NCBI GenBank assembly: GCA_965203515.1
Contig: OZ241907.1
Location: 3,488,001-3,552,000 of the forward strand
Length of the DNA stretch: 64,000 nucleotides
DNA from: Spirochaetia bacterium
Lineage (GTDB): Bacteria; Spirochaetota; Spirochaetia; SZUA-6; Bin103
Direction: 5' to 3'
Shown here: one piece after another, positions 19,299-28,946 of the stretch
Numbering within the stretch: the stretch's first letter is position 1
Layout of the letters: every line of letters begins with the position of its first letter
The notes under the pieces: generated by a model
The model's database searches: none
Told to the model about the DNA's origin: nothing
Seen by the model: the letters and a program-made list of their open reading frames with translations, nothing else
Made by a program: the position numbers and the translations under genes

Positions 19299-20120
19299 CT
19301 AGGGGCGGCGCGGAAACCGGGCGAAGTCCGGCTGCCGCTTCTGCACGAAGGCGTCCCGTCCCTCCTGCGCCTCCTCGGTCTGGTAGTAGAGCATGGTCGC
19401 GGCGCCGGCCAGCTCCTGGAGGCCGGCCTGACCGTCGCAGTCGGCGTTGAACGCCGCCTTCAGGCAACGGATCGCGGTGGGCGAGTGGCGCAGGATCTGC
19501 CGGCACCAGCGCACCGTCTCCGCCTCCAGCTCGGCCAGCGGCACCACCGCGTTGACCAGACCCATCGCCAACGCCTCCTGCGCGTCGTAGCGGCGGCACA
19601 GGTACCAGAGCTCGCGCGCTTTCTTCTGGCCGACGATGCGCGCCAGATAGCTGGCGCCGAAGCCGCCGTCGAACGATCCGACCCGCGGGCCGGTCTGACC
19701 GAACACGGCGTTGTCGGCCGCGATCGTCAGGTCGCACATCACGTGCAGCACGTGCCCGCCGCCGATCGCGAAGCCGGCCACCATGGCGACGATCGGCAGC
19801 GGACAGCGGCGCATCTGCCGCTGGAACTCCAGGACGTTGAGCCGGTCGACGCCGCCCTGGTCGCGGTAGCCGGCGTGGCCGCGCACCTTCTGGTCGCCGC
19901 CGGAACAGAACGCCAAGTCGCCGGCGCCGGTCAGGATCACCACGCCGATGCCGCTGTCGTGCGTGGCGTCGCGCAGGGCGTCCGCCATCTCTTCCACCGT
20001 CAGCGGCGTGAAGGCGTTGCGCACGTGCGGCCGGTTGATGGTGATCTTGGCGATTCCCTCGGCCTTGTGAAACAGGATCTCGCCGTACGATCCGCATGCC
20101 GTCCAATCGATCTGGCTCAT
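19299..20120 (-). CDS. menB: 1,4-dihydroxy-2-naphthoyl-CoA synthase
   Basis: [27 protein letters not shown]. Confidence 0.96.
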   Translation of the reverse strand: MSQIDWTACGSYGEILFHKAEGIAKITINRPHVRNAFTPLTVEEMADALRDATHDSGIGVVILTGAGDLAFCSGGDQKVRGHAGYRDQGGVDRLNVLEFQRQMRRCPLPIVAMVAGFAIGGGHVLHVMCDLTIAADNAVFGQTGPRVGSFDGGFGASYLARIVGQKKARELWYLCRRYDAQEALAMGLVNAVVPLAELEAETVRWCRQILRHSPTAIRCLKAAFNADCDGQAGLQELAGAATMLYYQTEEAQEGRDAFVQKRQPDFARFPRRP

Positions 20121-20863
20121 GGGTCCGGGAACTCCTCATCGAGGAAGGTCGCCACCTGTGTAGCAAATTCGGTCGGCTTTTCACAGAGCACGGCATGGCC
20201 GCAGCCGGGCAGCAACCGGACGCGGATCGCGGCGTTCCGCTCGGCCATCCGCCGGGCGATGCTCACGTAGCGGCGGTCGAGCTCGCCGGCCACGACCAGG
20301 GTCGGTTGCCGCAACCCCGGCAACGCGTCCCAGAGCGACGGCAGGGCGCCGGTGCCGAGGTGGGTGAGCGCCGCCGCCCACGCGCCGGGGTCGATCTGCA
20401 TGCGGCGCGCCAGCATGGCGCGGTAGCACGGGTGCGAACGGACCGCAGCGAAGATCGGCTGAGCGTACCAGTCGTCCAGGAAGCCGCGCAGCGCTTCGGC
20501 GCCGGCACCTCCGCGCAGGCGTGCGGCCAGACGCGCGTCGGCGCGGCGCCGTTCGGCCCGCTCCCCGGCCGTGGCCAGCCCGGGCGAGCCGCAGGCCAGC
20601 ACGCCGGCGCGATAGCGCTCCGGGTCGCGCACGAGCAGATGGAGCGCCAGCCGCGCGCCCATCGAGTAGCCGATCAGCACCGCCGACTCCGGCACCGCTC
20701 GGCGGAGGGTCGTCTCCAGAGAAGCGAGCGTCGGATGATCGACCAGCGCCGGCGCGACGTACCGCAGGCGCCGGTCGAGCGTCACCGTGATCGGCGCCCA
20801 GTCGGCCGGGCTGCCCAGGAAGCCGTGCAGGAGCACCGCCGTCGGAGCCGGACCGGGGCTCAC
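20117..20863 (-). CDS. menH: SHCHC synthase (alpha/beta hydrolase)
   Basis: [28 protein letters not shown] start overlaps the menD stop. Confidence 0.85.
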   Translation of the reverse strand: MSPGPAPTAVLLHGFLGSPADWAPITVTLDRRLRYVAPALVDHPTLASLETTLRRAVPESAVLIGYSMGARLALHLLVRDPERYRAGVLACGSPGLATAGERAERRRADARLAARLRGGAGAEALRGFLDDWYAQPIFAAVRSHPCYRAMLARRMQIDPGAWAAALTHLGTGALPSLWDALPGLRQPTLVVAGELDRRYVSIARRMAERNAAIRVRLLPGCGHAVLCEKPTEFATQVATFLDEEFPDP

Positions 20864-22638
20864 CGGCCGCCCCGAACGAGCGTTTCGATGGCGGCGCCCG
20901 CCGTCGAGCGGAGCCGCCGGTGCATGGCCAGGTTCCGCTGCCGGTCGGTAGCGACCTCGATCAGCGCCGGCCGCCCGGCGGCGAAGCACCGCTGCAGCGC
21001 CTCGCGCGTCTGCGCGCGCGTCGCCGGCCGGTGGTAGTCCAGGTCGAACATCCGGCAGGCGTGCTCGAACCGAAAGCCGTGCGGGGCGCCGAAGCAGCGC
21101 TCGAACACGTCGTCCTGGGCGGTGAGGGCCGGCAGGAAGCTGAAGATGCCGCCGCCGTCGTTGTTGATCACCACCAGCACCACCGGCTGCGGCGCGCGCG
21201 CCAGCACCGCCAGCGATCCCAGGTCGTGCAGTACTGCCAGGTCGCCGGCCAGCGCGCCGACCGGCGTCTGCAGGCCGGCGGCGTATCCGGCTGCGGAAGC
21301 GACCGTGCCGTCGATGCCGCTGGCCCCGCGGTTCGCCCCCACGGCCAGCGGGCCGGTGCGGGAGAGCGCCGCCTCCGCGAAGGTGTCGAGGTCGCGGATC
21401 GGCATGCTGCTGCCGCCGAAGGCGCCCCAGCCGTCCGGCAGCAGCTCGATCAGGTCGGCGGCGACCGCCGGCTCGCTGGCCGCCGGTTCCGCGTCGAGCG
21501 CCGCCGCCACCGCCGCGCCCGCCGCCGCGCCGGCGTCGATCAGGTCGGCGGCGCCAGCGCCGGCACCGGCGCCGATCAGCTCGGCTTCGAGCGCGGCGCA
21601 GAAGCGGTCGGCCGCCGCCTGAACGCGGCCGGTCACCACGTGTTCGGGGTCGATGCGGCGCGGATGCTCAGCCACGTGGATGCAGGCGTTCGGCCGGCTC
21701 GAGCCGAGCAGCGTCAGGTACGCCTTGGAGGTGAGCCGGCCGCCCAGGTGCAGCACGACGTCCGGGGCCGGAAGCGTTTTGCCGGCGTGGTCCAGCACCA
21801 GATCGTGATGGCGGACGATCGGCGGCGCCGGCCGGTCGTCCGGCGCGAAGCGCAGCCCGGACTGGATGTCGGCGATCATCGGCCAACCCAGCGCCGCCGC
21901 GAGCGAGGCGATCGCCGAGCGGTCGGCCGTCGCCGGCAGCGGCCCGACCGCCAGCAGGCCGGCGGTGGCGCCGCGCACCGCGGCGGACGTCTCCGCGACC
22001 CCCTCCCGCGACGGTTCGGCCGGCGCCGCGGCGTAGGTCGTGTAGGGTCGGCCGTCGGAACGGCGGTCGTCGAAGCGCCGTTCGATCCCGTCCCCGCGAT
22101 CGTCGCCCAGAAGCGGCTCGGCGAACATGCAGTTCAGGTGGACCGCGGCCGCGGCGGTCCGGGCGCGGTGGACCGCCTGATCGACGGTGGTGAGCACCGC
22201 GGCCGGGTCGATCCGCGTGTCCGGTACCGGCACGTCGAAGCGCCACGCCACCGCGCGCCCGAACAGGTCGGGCTGGTCGATCGTCTGGTTGGCGCCGGTG
22301 TCGCGCAGCTCCGGCGGCCGGTCGGCGGTCAGCAGCAGCAGCGGCACGCCGCTCAGCGCCGCCTCGACCGCGGCGGGCAGCAGGTTGGCGGCCGCCGTGC
22401 CGGACGTGCAGATCACCGCCGTCGGAGCGCCGGCGGCGCGGGCCGCGTTCACCGCCTGGTATCCGGCCGCCCGCTCGTCGATGCAGATCGACACGGTCAG
22501 TCGGTCCGAGCGCGCGGCCGCCGCCGCCAACGGCGCGGAGCGGGCGCCGGGGCAGACCCAGGCGGAGCGACAGCCGCAACGGGTCAGCTCGTCGATGATC
22601 AGCTCACCCCACAGCCGGTTCCGCGTCGCCGCGGTCAC
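20860..22638 (-). CDS. menD: SEPHCHC synthase
   Basis: CPGARSAPL, DERAA, TSGTAAANL, TADRPPEL, SSMPIRD, ANRGASGIDG, NNDGGGIF. Confidence 0.94.
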   Translation of the reverse strand: MTAATRNRLWGELIIDELTRCGCRSAWVCPGARSAPLAAAAARSDRLTVSICIDERAAGYQAVNAARAAGAPTAVICTSGTAAANLLPAAVEAALSGVPLLLLTADRPPELRDTGANQTIDQPDLFGRAVAWRFDVPVPDTRIDPAAVLTTVDQAVHRARTAAAAVHLNCMFAEPLLGDDRGDGIERRFDDRRSDGRPYTTYAAAPAEPSREGVAETSAAVRGATAGLLAVGPLPATADRSAIASLAAALGWPMIADIQSGLRFAPDDRPAPPIVRHHDLVLDHAGKTLPAPDVVLHLGGRLTSKAYLTLLGSSRPNACIHVAEHPRRIDPEHVVTGRVQAAADRFCAALEAELIGAGAGAGAADLIDAGAAAGAAVAAALDAEPAASEPAVAADLIELLPDGWGAFGGSSMPIRDLDTFAEAALSRTGPLAVGANRGASGIDGTVASAAGYAAGLQTPVGALAGDLAVLHDLGSLAVLARAPQPVVLVVINNDGGGIFSFLPALTAQDDVFERCFGAPHGFRFEHACRMFDLDYHRPATRAQTREALQRCFAAGRPALIEVATDRQRNLAMHRRLRSTAGAAIETLVRGGR

Positions 22639-22646
22639 GGGGGCGG

Positions 22647-23993
22647 TCAGCCGTCGGGCGCGAAGTAGCCGCTCACCTTCGCTTCCAGCTCCCACCACTC
22701 CGCGTCGGGGGCCGAGCCGGTCACCACGCCGTTGCCGGTGTAGAACGATACCGCTCCGTCGTCGATCAGCGCGGAGCGGATCGCCACCGCAAGGATCGCC
22801 TCGTCCTGACCGATCCAGCCGACCGGCGCGGCGTACCAGCCGCGGTCGAACGGCTCGTGCCGGGCCAGGAAGCGGCGCGCCGCCGCCGCCGGCGCGCCGC
22901 CGACCGCCGGCGTGGGGTGGAGCGCGTCGATCAGATCGGCTACGCCCACGCCGGGCGCCAACCGGCCGGAGAGCCGGCTCATCAGATGCTGTACGGCCGG
23001 CAGGCCCAGCACCTCGGTCGAGCCGGCCGTGGTGTGGGTGCAGAGGCCGCCGAGCGCTCCGGCGAGCGCGTCGTGGACGATGCGATGCTCCAGCAGGTCC
23101 TTGGCGGACGCCGCCAGCTCGCGCTGCAGGCGCCGATCGTCCTGCGTCGAGGCGCCGCGCCGCCGCGTGCCGGCGATCGCCTCGGTCTCCACCGCACCGC
23201 CGCGCAGGGAGAACAGCCGTTCCGGCGTGACGCTGACGAAGGCGGTACCGGGCCGGGGCTGCACCAGGAAGCGGAACGAGCGATCGCCGGCGCGGATCAG
23301 CGCCGACAGCAGCGCCGGCGGCGTGATCGGCATCGACGCGGTCGCGCCGGTGCGGCGCGCCACCACCACCTTGATCAGGGGATCGGCGGGATCGTCGATG
23401 ACCCGGAGCGCCGCGCGCACCAGCGTCTCCCAGCCCGAGCGGTCCGGCGTATCGGTACGGCGTTGCAGGCGGAGCGGCAGCGCGGCCGGTCCGGGAACGC
23501 CGGCCGGCGGCCTCCGCAACTCGGCCAGCAACGCCGGCAGGTCGCCCCGCTCCGAGGGCCGGAAGTTGCAGGCGAGCAGCGTGCTGCCGCCGCGCCTGAT
23601 CGCCTCGAAGCGGGGCACCACGAACCGATAGGCGCCGAGCGCCCGCCACTCCGGGGCCGGCGGCGCCTGCGGGTCGAAGCGCGTGCCGCCGTAGAAGCGG
23701 ACGCCCCGGTCGGCGGCTTCCAGGTGGGCGGTGATGCGCTCCATCCAGGGCGCCGCCCCGGACGCGATGGGGCCGGAGACGTCGATCAGGACACCTGCGG
23801 CAGCGGTCTCGTCCTGCCGGTCGCGGTCGGCCCAGTAGCACAGCTCCGCTTCCGGCCGGCCGGCCAGCCACGCGAGCGGCTCGACGCCGGCGGCCGTCTC
23901 CACGCGACAGATACCGCCTTCGTCCCGGATAGCGGCAGCGCGGCCGTTGGCGGAGCCGGTACGCGGCAGGGGCGGAGAGGCGACGTCGCTCAT
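22647..23993 (-). CDS. menF: Isochorismate synthase
   Basis: KVVVAR, TPERL, EAIAGT, LHPTPAVGG, RGWYA, AIRSA. Confidence 0.92.
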   Translation of the reverse strand: MSDVASPPLPRTGSANGRAAAIRDEGGICRVETAAGVEPLAWLAGRPEAELCYWADRDRQDETAAAGVLIDVSGPIASGAAPWMERITAHLEAADRGVRFYGGTRFDPQAPPAPEWRALGAYRFVVPRFEAIRRGGSTLLACNFRPSERGDLPALLAELRRPPAGVPGPAALPLRLQRRTDTPDRSGWETLVRAALRVIDDPADPLIKVVVARRTGATASMPITPPALLSALIRAGDRSFRFLVQPRPGTAFVSVTPERLFSLRGGAVETEAIAGTRRRGASTQDDRRLQRELAASAKDLLEHRIVHDALAGALGGLCTHTTAGSTEVLGLPAVQHLMSRLSGRLAPGVGVADLIDALHPTPAVGGAPAAAARRFLARHEPFDRGWYAAPVGWIGQDEAILAVAIRSALIDDGAVSFYTGNGVVTGSAPDAEWWELEAKVSGYFAPDG

Positions 23994-24027
23994 GCGGTCG
24001 TCGACAGTATAGCGCGGGAGGCCTTCA

Positions 24028-24723
24028 TCACTTGCGCGCCAGATAGAGCATGGCGATCCCGAACGTGAGGCGGCGGGCGGTGATCGCCGCGAAGCCGGCG
24101 CGCCGCAGCATGGCGGCGAAGCGCGGCCCGGAGGGGAACGCTTCGACCGAGGCGTTCAGATAGCGGTATGCCTGCGCGTCGCCGGACAGCAGTCGGCCGA
24201 TCGCCGGCAGCACGTGGCGAAAGTAGGCCAGGTACGCCGCGCGCAGCCGCGGCGATTCGGGGAGCGAGAACTCCAGGACCGCCAGCGTGCCGCCGCGCGC
24301 GAGCACGCGGTGCATCTCGGCCAGGGCGCGCGGCCGGTCGGCCATGTTGCGGATGCCGAAGGCGACCGTGACCGCGTCGAAGGCGCGGTCCGCGAACGGC
24401 AGCCGATGGGCGTCGCCCAGCGCGACCTGCGCGGCGCAGCCGGCGCGCGCCAACTTGTCGCGGGCGATGCGGAGCATGTCCGGGGCCACGTCGACTCCCA
24501 CGGCGCGGGTCAGGCGCGGCAGGCGCCGGTCGATCGCCAGCAGCAGGTCGGCGGTGCCGGTCGCCACGTCCAGGACGCTGTTGATGCGGCGGGCGGCGAG
24601 CGCGCGGGCGACGCAGTCGCGCCAGCGGACGTCGGCGCGCAACGACAGCAGCCGGTTGAGGCGATCGTAGGTCGGCGCGATGCGGTCGAACATCGCCCCG
24701 ACGTCGGAGATGCCCGGCGCCAT
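24028..24723 (-). CDS. menG: Demethylmenaquinone methyltransferase (UbiE/MenG)
   Basis: MFDRIAPTYDRLN, LDVATGTAD, FGIRN, LEFS, YRYL..S. Confidence 0.93.
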   Translation of the reverse strand: MAPGISDVGAMFDRIAPTYDRLNRLLSLRADVRWRDCVARALAARRINSVLDVATGTADLLLAIDRRLPRLTRAVGVDVAPDMLRIARDKLARAGCAAQVALGDAHRLPFADRAFDAVTVAFGIRNMADRPRALAEMHRVLARGGTLAVLEFSLPESPRLRAAYLAYFRHVLPAIGRLLSGDAQAYRYLNASVEAFPSGPRFAAMLRRAGFAAITARRLTFGIAMLYLARK

Positions 24724-24785
24724 ACGGTCTCACTATGGGGTTGCCGGGGAGCGCCGACAACCGTCTGCGCCGGCGCCATCGACGG

Positions 24786-25907
24786 TCACCATTGGCGTCG
24801 CTCATCGGTCCCATCGGCCGCGGCGGCGATCAGGCACGCGCCGCGGCGCGGGTCGATGGCGCAGGTCACCGTCGAGCCGAGCGGCGGCAGGGCCTGATCG
24901 GCGGCTACCCGGAACCGCAGCTCGACGCCCCTCACCGTGATCCGTACGCGCTGCGCCGCGCCGCGGAACGAGCGGCCGGTCAGCTCGCCGCGCAAGACCC
25001 AACGGCCGGCGTTCGAAGTCGGCGCTTGCCGTTCGGCGGCAGCGCGATCGAGGATCGAGATGCCGGTGGGCCGCAGCAGCAGCGCCTCCTCCTCCTGACC
25101 GCCGGCCGGGAGCGGCAGCGCGTCTGCCGGCAGCACGCCGAGCGGGGTGCGCAGCACCGGGCGTCCGCCGCGTCGGTCCCGGCGGGCGGGGAGCAGGTTG
25201 TCCAGGCCCAGGAACCGGGCCACGTACTCGCTGCCGGGCGCGCGGTAGATCGCCTCCGGCGTGCCGACCCGGACGATGCGGCGGGGCTCCATGACCGCCA
25301 CCCGGTCGGCGACCGCCAGCGCTTCTTCCACGTCGTGCGTGACGTAGATGGCCGGCAGGTCGAGTTCGCCGAGGATCGCGCCCAGGTCGTCCGCCAGCCG
25401 GTCGCGCAGGTTGCGGTCCAGGGCGGCGAGCGGCTCGTCGAGCATCAGCAGGCGCGGCTCCGGCGCCAGCGCGCGCGCCAGCGCCACCCGCTGGCGTTCG
25501 CCGCCGGACAGGGTGGTGACGTCACGGCTGCGCAAGTGTCCGAGCCCGACCAGGGAGAGCACCTCCGCCACCCGCTCTTGCAGCCGTGCCGGCCGCGTGC
25601 GGCGGATGCGCAAGCCGAAGGCGACGTTCTCGAAGACGTTCAGGTGCGGGAACAGCGCGTAGTCCTGGAACACCATCCCGAATCGGCGGGACTCGGGCGG
25701 ACTGCCGGCCAGTTCCTGTCCGCGCCACAGGATCGTCCCGTCGTGCGGCTCCAGGCCCGCCACCACGGCCAGCAGCGTGCTCTTGCCGCAGCCGCTCGGA
25801 CCGAGCAGCGCCACCGTCTCGCCGCGATGGACCTGCAGGTCGACCCGATCGAGCGCGAGCGTCTCACCATAGCGCTTGCTCACGCCGCGCAGCTCCAGAT
25901 CATTCAC
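24786..25907 (-). CDS. ABC transporter ATP-binding protein (thiamine/Fe3+ class, ThiQ-like)
   Basis: GPSGCGKS, LSGGERQR, LMLDEP; operon with thiamine SBP. Confidence 0.88.
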   Translation of the reverse strand: MNDLELRGVSKRYGETLALDRVDLQVHRGETVALLGPSGCGKSTLLAVVAGLEPHDGTILWRGQELAGSPPESRRFGMVFQDYALFPHLNVFENVAFGLRIRRTRPARLQERVAEVLSLVGLGHLRSRDVTTLSGGERQRVALARALAPEPRLLMLDEPLAALDRNLRDRLADDLGAILGELDLPAIYVTHDVEEALAVADRVAVMEPRRIVRVGTPEAIYRAPGSEYVARFLGLDNLLPARRDRRGGRPVLRTPLGVLPADALPLPAGGQEEEALLLRPTGISILDRAAAERQAPTSNAGRWVLRGELTGRSFRGAAQRVRITVRGVELRFRVAADQALPPLGSTVTCAIDPRRGACLIAAAADGTDERRQW

Positions 25908-25952
25908 CGGGGTCCCCGGTTATCCACCCGTTCATGCCGGGATCGCGCGCCA

Positions 25953-27611
25953 TCAGAAGCTGCTGACGCGCGCCACGCGCAAGCGTTCGATCGCGGTCAC
26001 CACCACCGCGGTGACGAGCATCAGGATGGTGGCCAGGGCCAGCGCCTGCCCGATGTTGAGGGCGCCGGGGCGGCCGAGCAGGCGGAAGATGGCGAGCGGG
26101 ATGGTCGGCAGGTCGCCGCGCGCGACGATCGCGGTCGCCCCGAACTCGCCGAGCGAGATCGAAAAGGCGAAGGCCGCCGCCACGCCGACCGCGCGGGCCA
26201 CGATCGGCAGCTCCACGCGGCGCACCACCGCCGCACGGGCGGCGCCCAGCGCGCGCGCGGCGTGGATCAGGCGCGGTTCCACGGCGGCGAGCGCCGGCGC
26301 CAGGCTGCGCACCACGAACGGCAGCGCGACCAGCGCGTGCGCGATCGGGATCAGCGCCGGCGACGCCCGCAGGTCGAACGGCGGCCGGTTCAAGGTGACG
26401 ATGAAGCCGAGCCCCAGCGTCACCGCCGAGGTGCCGAGCGGCAGCATCAGCAGCGGGTCGAACAGCCGGGACGAACGCGCCGCGCCGCGCCGTCCCAGCG
26501 CCCAGGCGGCCGGCGTTCCGACCGCCAGCGCGATCGCCGTGGCCGCCGCCGCGAAGCCGAGCGAGTTGCGCACCGCCGCCAGCGCGCTGCCGTGAAAGGC
26601 GCCCTGCCGGCTCTCCACGCCCAGCGCGCGGTAGAACGCCAGGGTCGCGCCATCCGCGCCGGTGACCGAGCGGGCGGCGAGCGCGACCAGCGGCGCGAGC
26701 TGGAAGACCGTGATCGCCAGCAGCACGACCGCCGCCGCGGCGCGGGCCGAACGGCCGGTCAGGCGCCGCTCGTTGCTGTGCGGAGCGCGCATCGGCAGCG
26801 GCCGGCTCACCCGCTTCATCAGCCGCGCGTAGGCGATGCCCAGGACCAGCGTGACGCCGACCTGCACGAGCGCCAGCGAGGCGGCGACCGGCAGATCGAA
26901 CAGGCTGACCGTCTGATAGTAGATCTCGACCTCGATCGTGGCGAAGCGCGGTCCGCCCAGGATCAGCACCACCCCGAAGGAGGTGAAGCAGAAGATGAAC
27001 ACCAGCACCGCCGCCGCCGCTACCGGCGCCGCCAGTAGCGGCAGGCTGACCCGCAGCCAGCGCTGCACGGCTCCGGCCCCCAGGGTGCGCGCCGCATCCC
27101 ACAGGCGGCGGTCGATGCGCGACCAGTAGTCGCCCACCAGCCGCAGCACGATCGTCGTGTTGTAGAACACGTGCGCCGCCAGTATGGCGCCGAGCGTGCG
27201 CGTGAAGCGGAGCGGCGGCAATCCGACCGCTTCCAGCGCGGCGTTGACCCAGCCGCGCGCGCCGAGCAGCGCGTCGAAGGAGGCCGCCACCACCAGCGTG
27301 GGCAGCACGAACGGGACCGCGGTGAGCGCGCGGAACAGCGCCTTGCCGGCGAACCGGTAGCGGGCCACCAGGTAGGCGCCCGGCAGCCCGACGAGCAGCG
27401 TGAGCGCCGTGGACGCCGCCGCCTGCCCGAAGGTGAAGAGGACCACGCGCCCGGTCGCCGGCGCGGTCAGCGTTCGCAACAGGCCGTCGGCGTCGCGGGC
27501 GAAGCTGATCGCCGCAATGCCGGAGAGCGGCCGGAAGTAGAACAGCGCCAGGAAGGCGAGCGGCCCTGCCCACAGCAGGGCCGGCGTCAGCGCAGCACGA
27601 CCTCGGTCCAT
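25953..27611 (-). CDS. thiP: Thiamine ABC transporter permease (duplicated TM module)
   Basis: Two EAA-like loops (DAARTLGA, HAARALGA), FCFTSFG, SLGEFGA. Confidence 0.82.
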   Translation of the reverse strand: MDRGRAALTPALLWAGPLAFLALFYFRPLSGIAAISFARDADGLLRTLTAPATGRVVLFTFGQAAASTALTLLVGLPGAYLVARYRFAGKALFRALTAVPFVLPTLVVAASFDALLGARGWVNAALEAVGLPPLRFTRTLGAILAAHVFYNTTIVLRLVGDYWSRIDRRLWDAARTLGAGAVQRWLRVSLPLLAAPVAAAAVLVFIFCFTSFGVVLILGGPRFATIEVEIYYQTVSLFDLPVAASLALVQVGVTLVLGIAYARLMKRVSRPLPMRAPHSNERRLTGRSARAAAAVVLLAITVFQLAPLVALAARSVTGADGATLAFYRALGVESRQGAFHGSALAAVRNSLGFAAAATAIALAVGTPAAWALGRRGAARSSRLFDPLLMLPLGTSAVTLGLGFIVTLNRPPFDLRASPALIPIAHALVALPFVVRSLAPALAAVEPRLIHAARALGAARAAVVRRVELPIVARAVGVAAAFAFSISLGEFGATAIVARGDLPTIPLAIFRLLGRPGALNIGQALALATILMLVTAVVVTAIERLRVARVSSF

Positions 27612-28669
27612 TCCCTGATCCAGCGTTCCCGGTTGGCGGCGATCAGGGCGGGATCGAGCAGCGCCGGCTCGTCAGGGACGGCCAGGAAGTCGACGAACTC
27701 CTTCTGCAGGACCGCGTCCCGGTTGACCGGAAACACGAACATGTTGAGCGGCAGGTCCTCCTGGAACGGCAGCGACAGCATGAAGTCGACCCACAGCTCG
27801 GCCAGGTCGCGGTTCTCGGCGCCGGCCAGGATGCCCACGAACTCGATCTGCCGGAAGCAGGAGAGCGGCCCGGTGACCGCGGCGGTCGGCGGCTCGGCCG
27901 GCGGCGACTCCGCGTACAGCACCTCGAACGGCGGGCTGGAGCCGTAGGAGACGACGATCGGACGCGGCCCCCGGCCGGCGGAGCCGGTGAACTCCTGGTA
28001 GTAGGCGGTCTCCCAGTCGTTGACCACCAGCACGTCGTTGGCGACCAGCGACCGCCAGTAGTCGAGGTAGCCCGGGTCGCCGTAGCGGGCCACGGTGGCC
28101 ATCAGAAAGGCGAGTCCGGGCGAAGAGGTAGCCGGGTTCTGCACCACCGTGAGTCCGCGGTAGGCGGGATCGATCAGGGCGTCCGGATCGGCCGGCGGCG
28201 GCGGACCGTCGTCGCCGAATGAGGCGACGTGGTAGTTGAGGCAGACGTCGCCGTAGTCGACCGGCAGCGCCCGGTGCGAGGGATCGATACGGAACTCCGC
28301 CGGCACGGCCGCCAGCAGCGCGGACCGGTACGGCTCCAGGATGTCCTCGTCCAGGGCGCGGCTCAGAAAGGTGTTGTCGATCCCGTAGATGACGTCGGCC
28401 AGCGGCTTGCCGCGCGCCAGGATCGCCTTGTTGAGGGCGGTGCCGGTGTCGCCGGCCTCCAGGATGCGGACGCGGATGCCGTGCCGGTCTTCGAACGCCG
28501 CCAGCACCTCTTCCGAGACGGCGAACGAATCGTGCGTCATCACCGTGACGGTGCGCCGCAGGTCGGCCGTCTCCGCCTCCGGGTCGGCGAACGCCGCAAG
28601 CGGCGCGGCGATGAGGGCGACGGCGACGAGCAGGCGGGCGGTGCGCCCGCCGCGTGCGATGCGATCCAT
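27587..28669 (-). CDS. thiB: Thiamine ABC transporter substrate-binding protein
   Basis: THDSF, ADVIYGIDN, DYGDV, NPATSSPG, VVSYGSSP, FRQIEF; downstream of a TPP riboswitch. Confidence 0.9.
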   Translation of the reverse strand: MDRIARGGRTARLLVAVALIAAPLAAFADPEAETADLRRTVTVMTHDSFAVSEEVLAAFEDRHGIRVRILEAGDTGTALNKAILARGKPLADVIYGIDNTFLSRALDEDILEPYRSALLAAVPAEFRIDPSHRALPVDYGDVCLNYHVASFGDDGPPPPADPDALIDPAYRGLTVVQNPATSSPGLAFLMATVARYGDPGYLDYWRSLVANDVLVVNDWETAYYQEFTGSAGRGPRPIVVSYGSSPPFEVLYAESPPAEPPTAAVTGPLSCFRQIEFVGILAGAENRDLAELWVDFMLSLPFQEDLPLNMFVFPVNRDAVLQKEFVDFLAVPDEPALLDPALIAANRERWIREWTEVVLR

Positions 28670-28720
28670 GCGAGCCTCCTGTGTCTTCGGGGTCCCGCGA
28701 TGGTCGATCGCGTGAGAGAT

Positions 28721-28813
28721 ACATCCCTCCGCCGGCATTACCCGGATCAGGTGGTGCGAGTCGAGGGCTGCTGCGCCCCCCTCTCAGCCCGGCGCTACCG
28801 GGCTCCCCGTGAG
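28721..28813 (-). promoter_or_regulatory. TPP riboswitch
   Basis: Minus strand reads GGGGAGCC..GGCTGAGAG..ACCTGATCCGGGTAATGCCGGCGGAGGGA, directly upstream of thiB. Confidence 0.92.
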
Positions 28814-28822
28814 TCGGCAAGC

Positions 28823-28852
28823 ATCATGGCCTGCGCGCGCGGGCTCGGTCAA
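28823..28852 (-). promoter_or_regulatory. Putative sigma70 promoter for the TPP riboswitch/thiB leader
   Basis: TTGACC-N18-CATGAT ending about 10 nt before the aptamer. Confidence 0.5.
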
Positions 28853-28887
28853 GCGCGGCAAGACCGTGCTCGACGCGGCCTCGGGGC

Positions 28888-28920
28888 TGCAGGGGGTAGC
28901 GCCCGGCGCTACCCCCTGCA
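28888..28920. repeat. Perfect 15-bp inverted repeat (hairpin; terminator- or REP-like)
   Basis: TGCAGGGGGTAGCGC-CCG-GCGCTACCCCCTGCA, 26 nt past the EEP gene stop; no U-tract on either strand. Confidence 0.8.
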
Positions 28921-28946
28921 ACGATCGGTGGCGGAACCGCGCCGCC

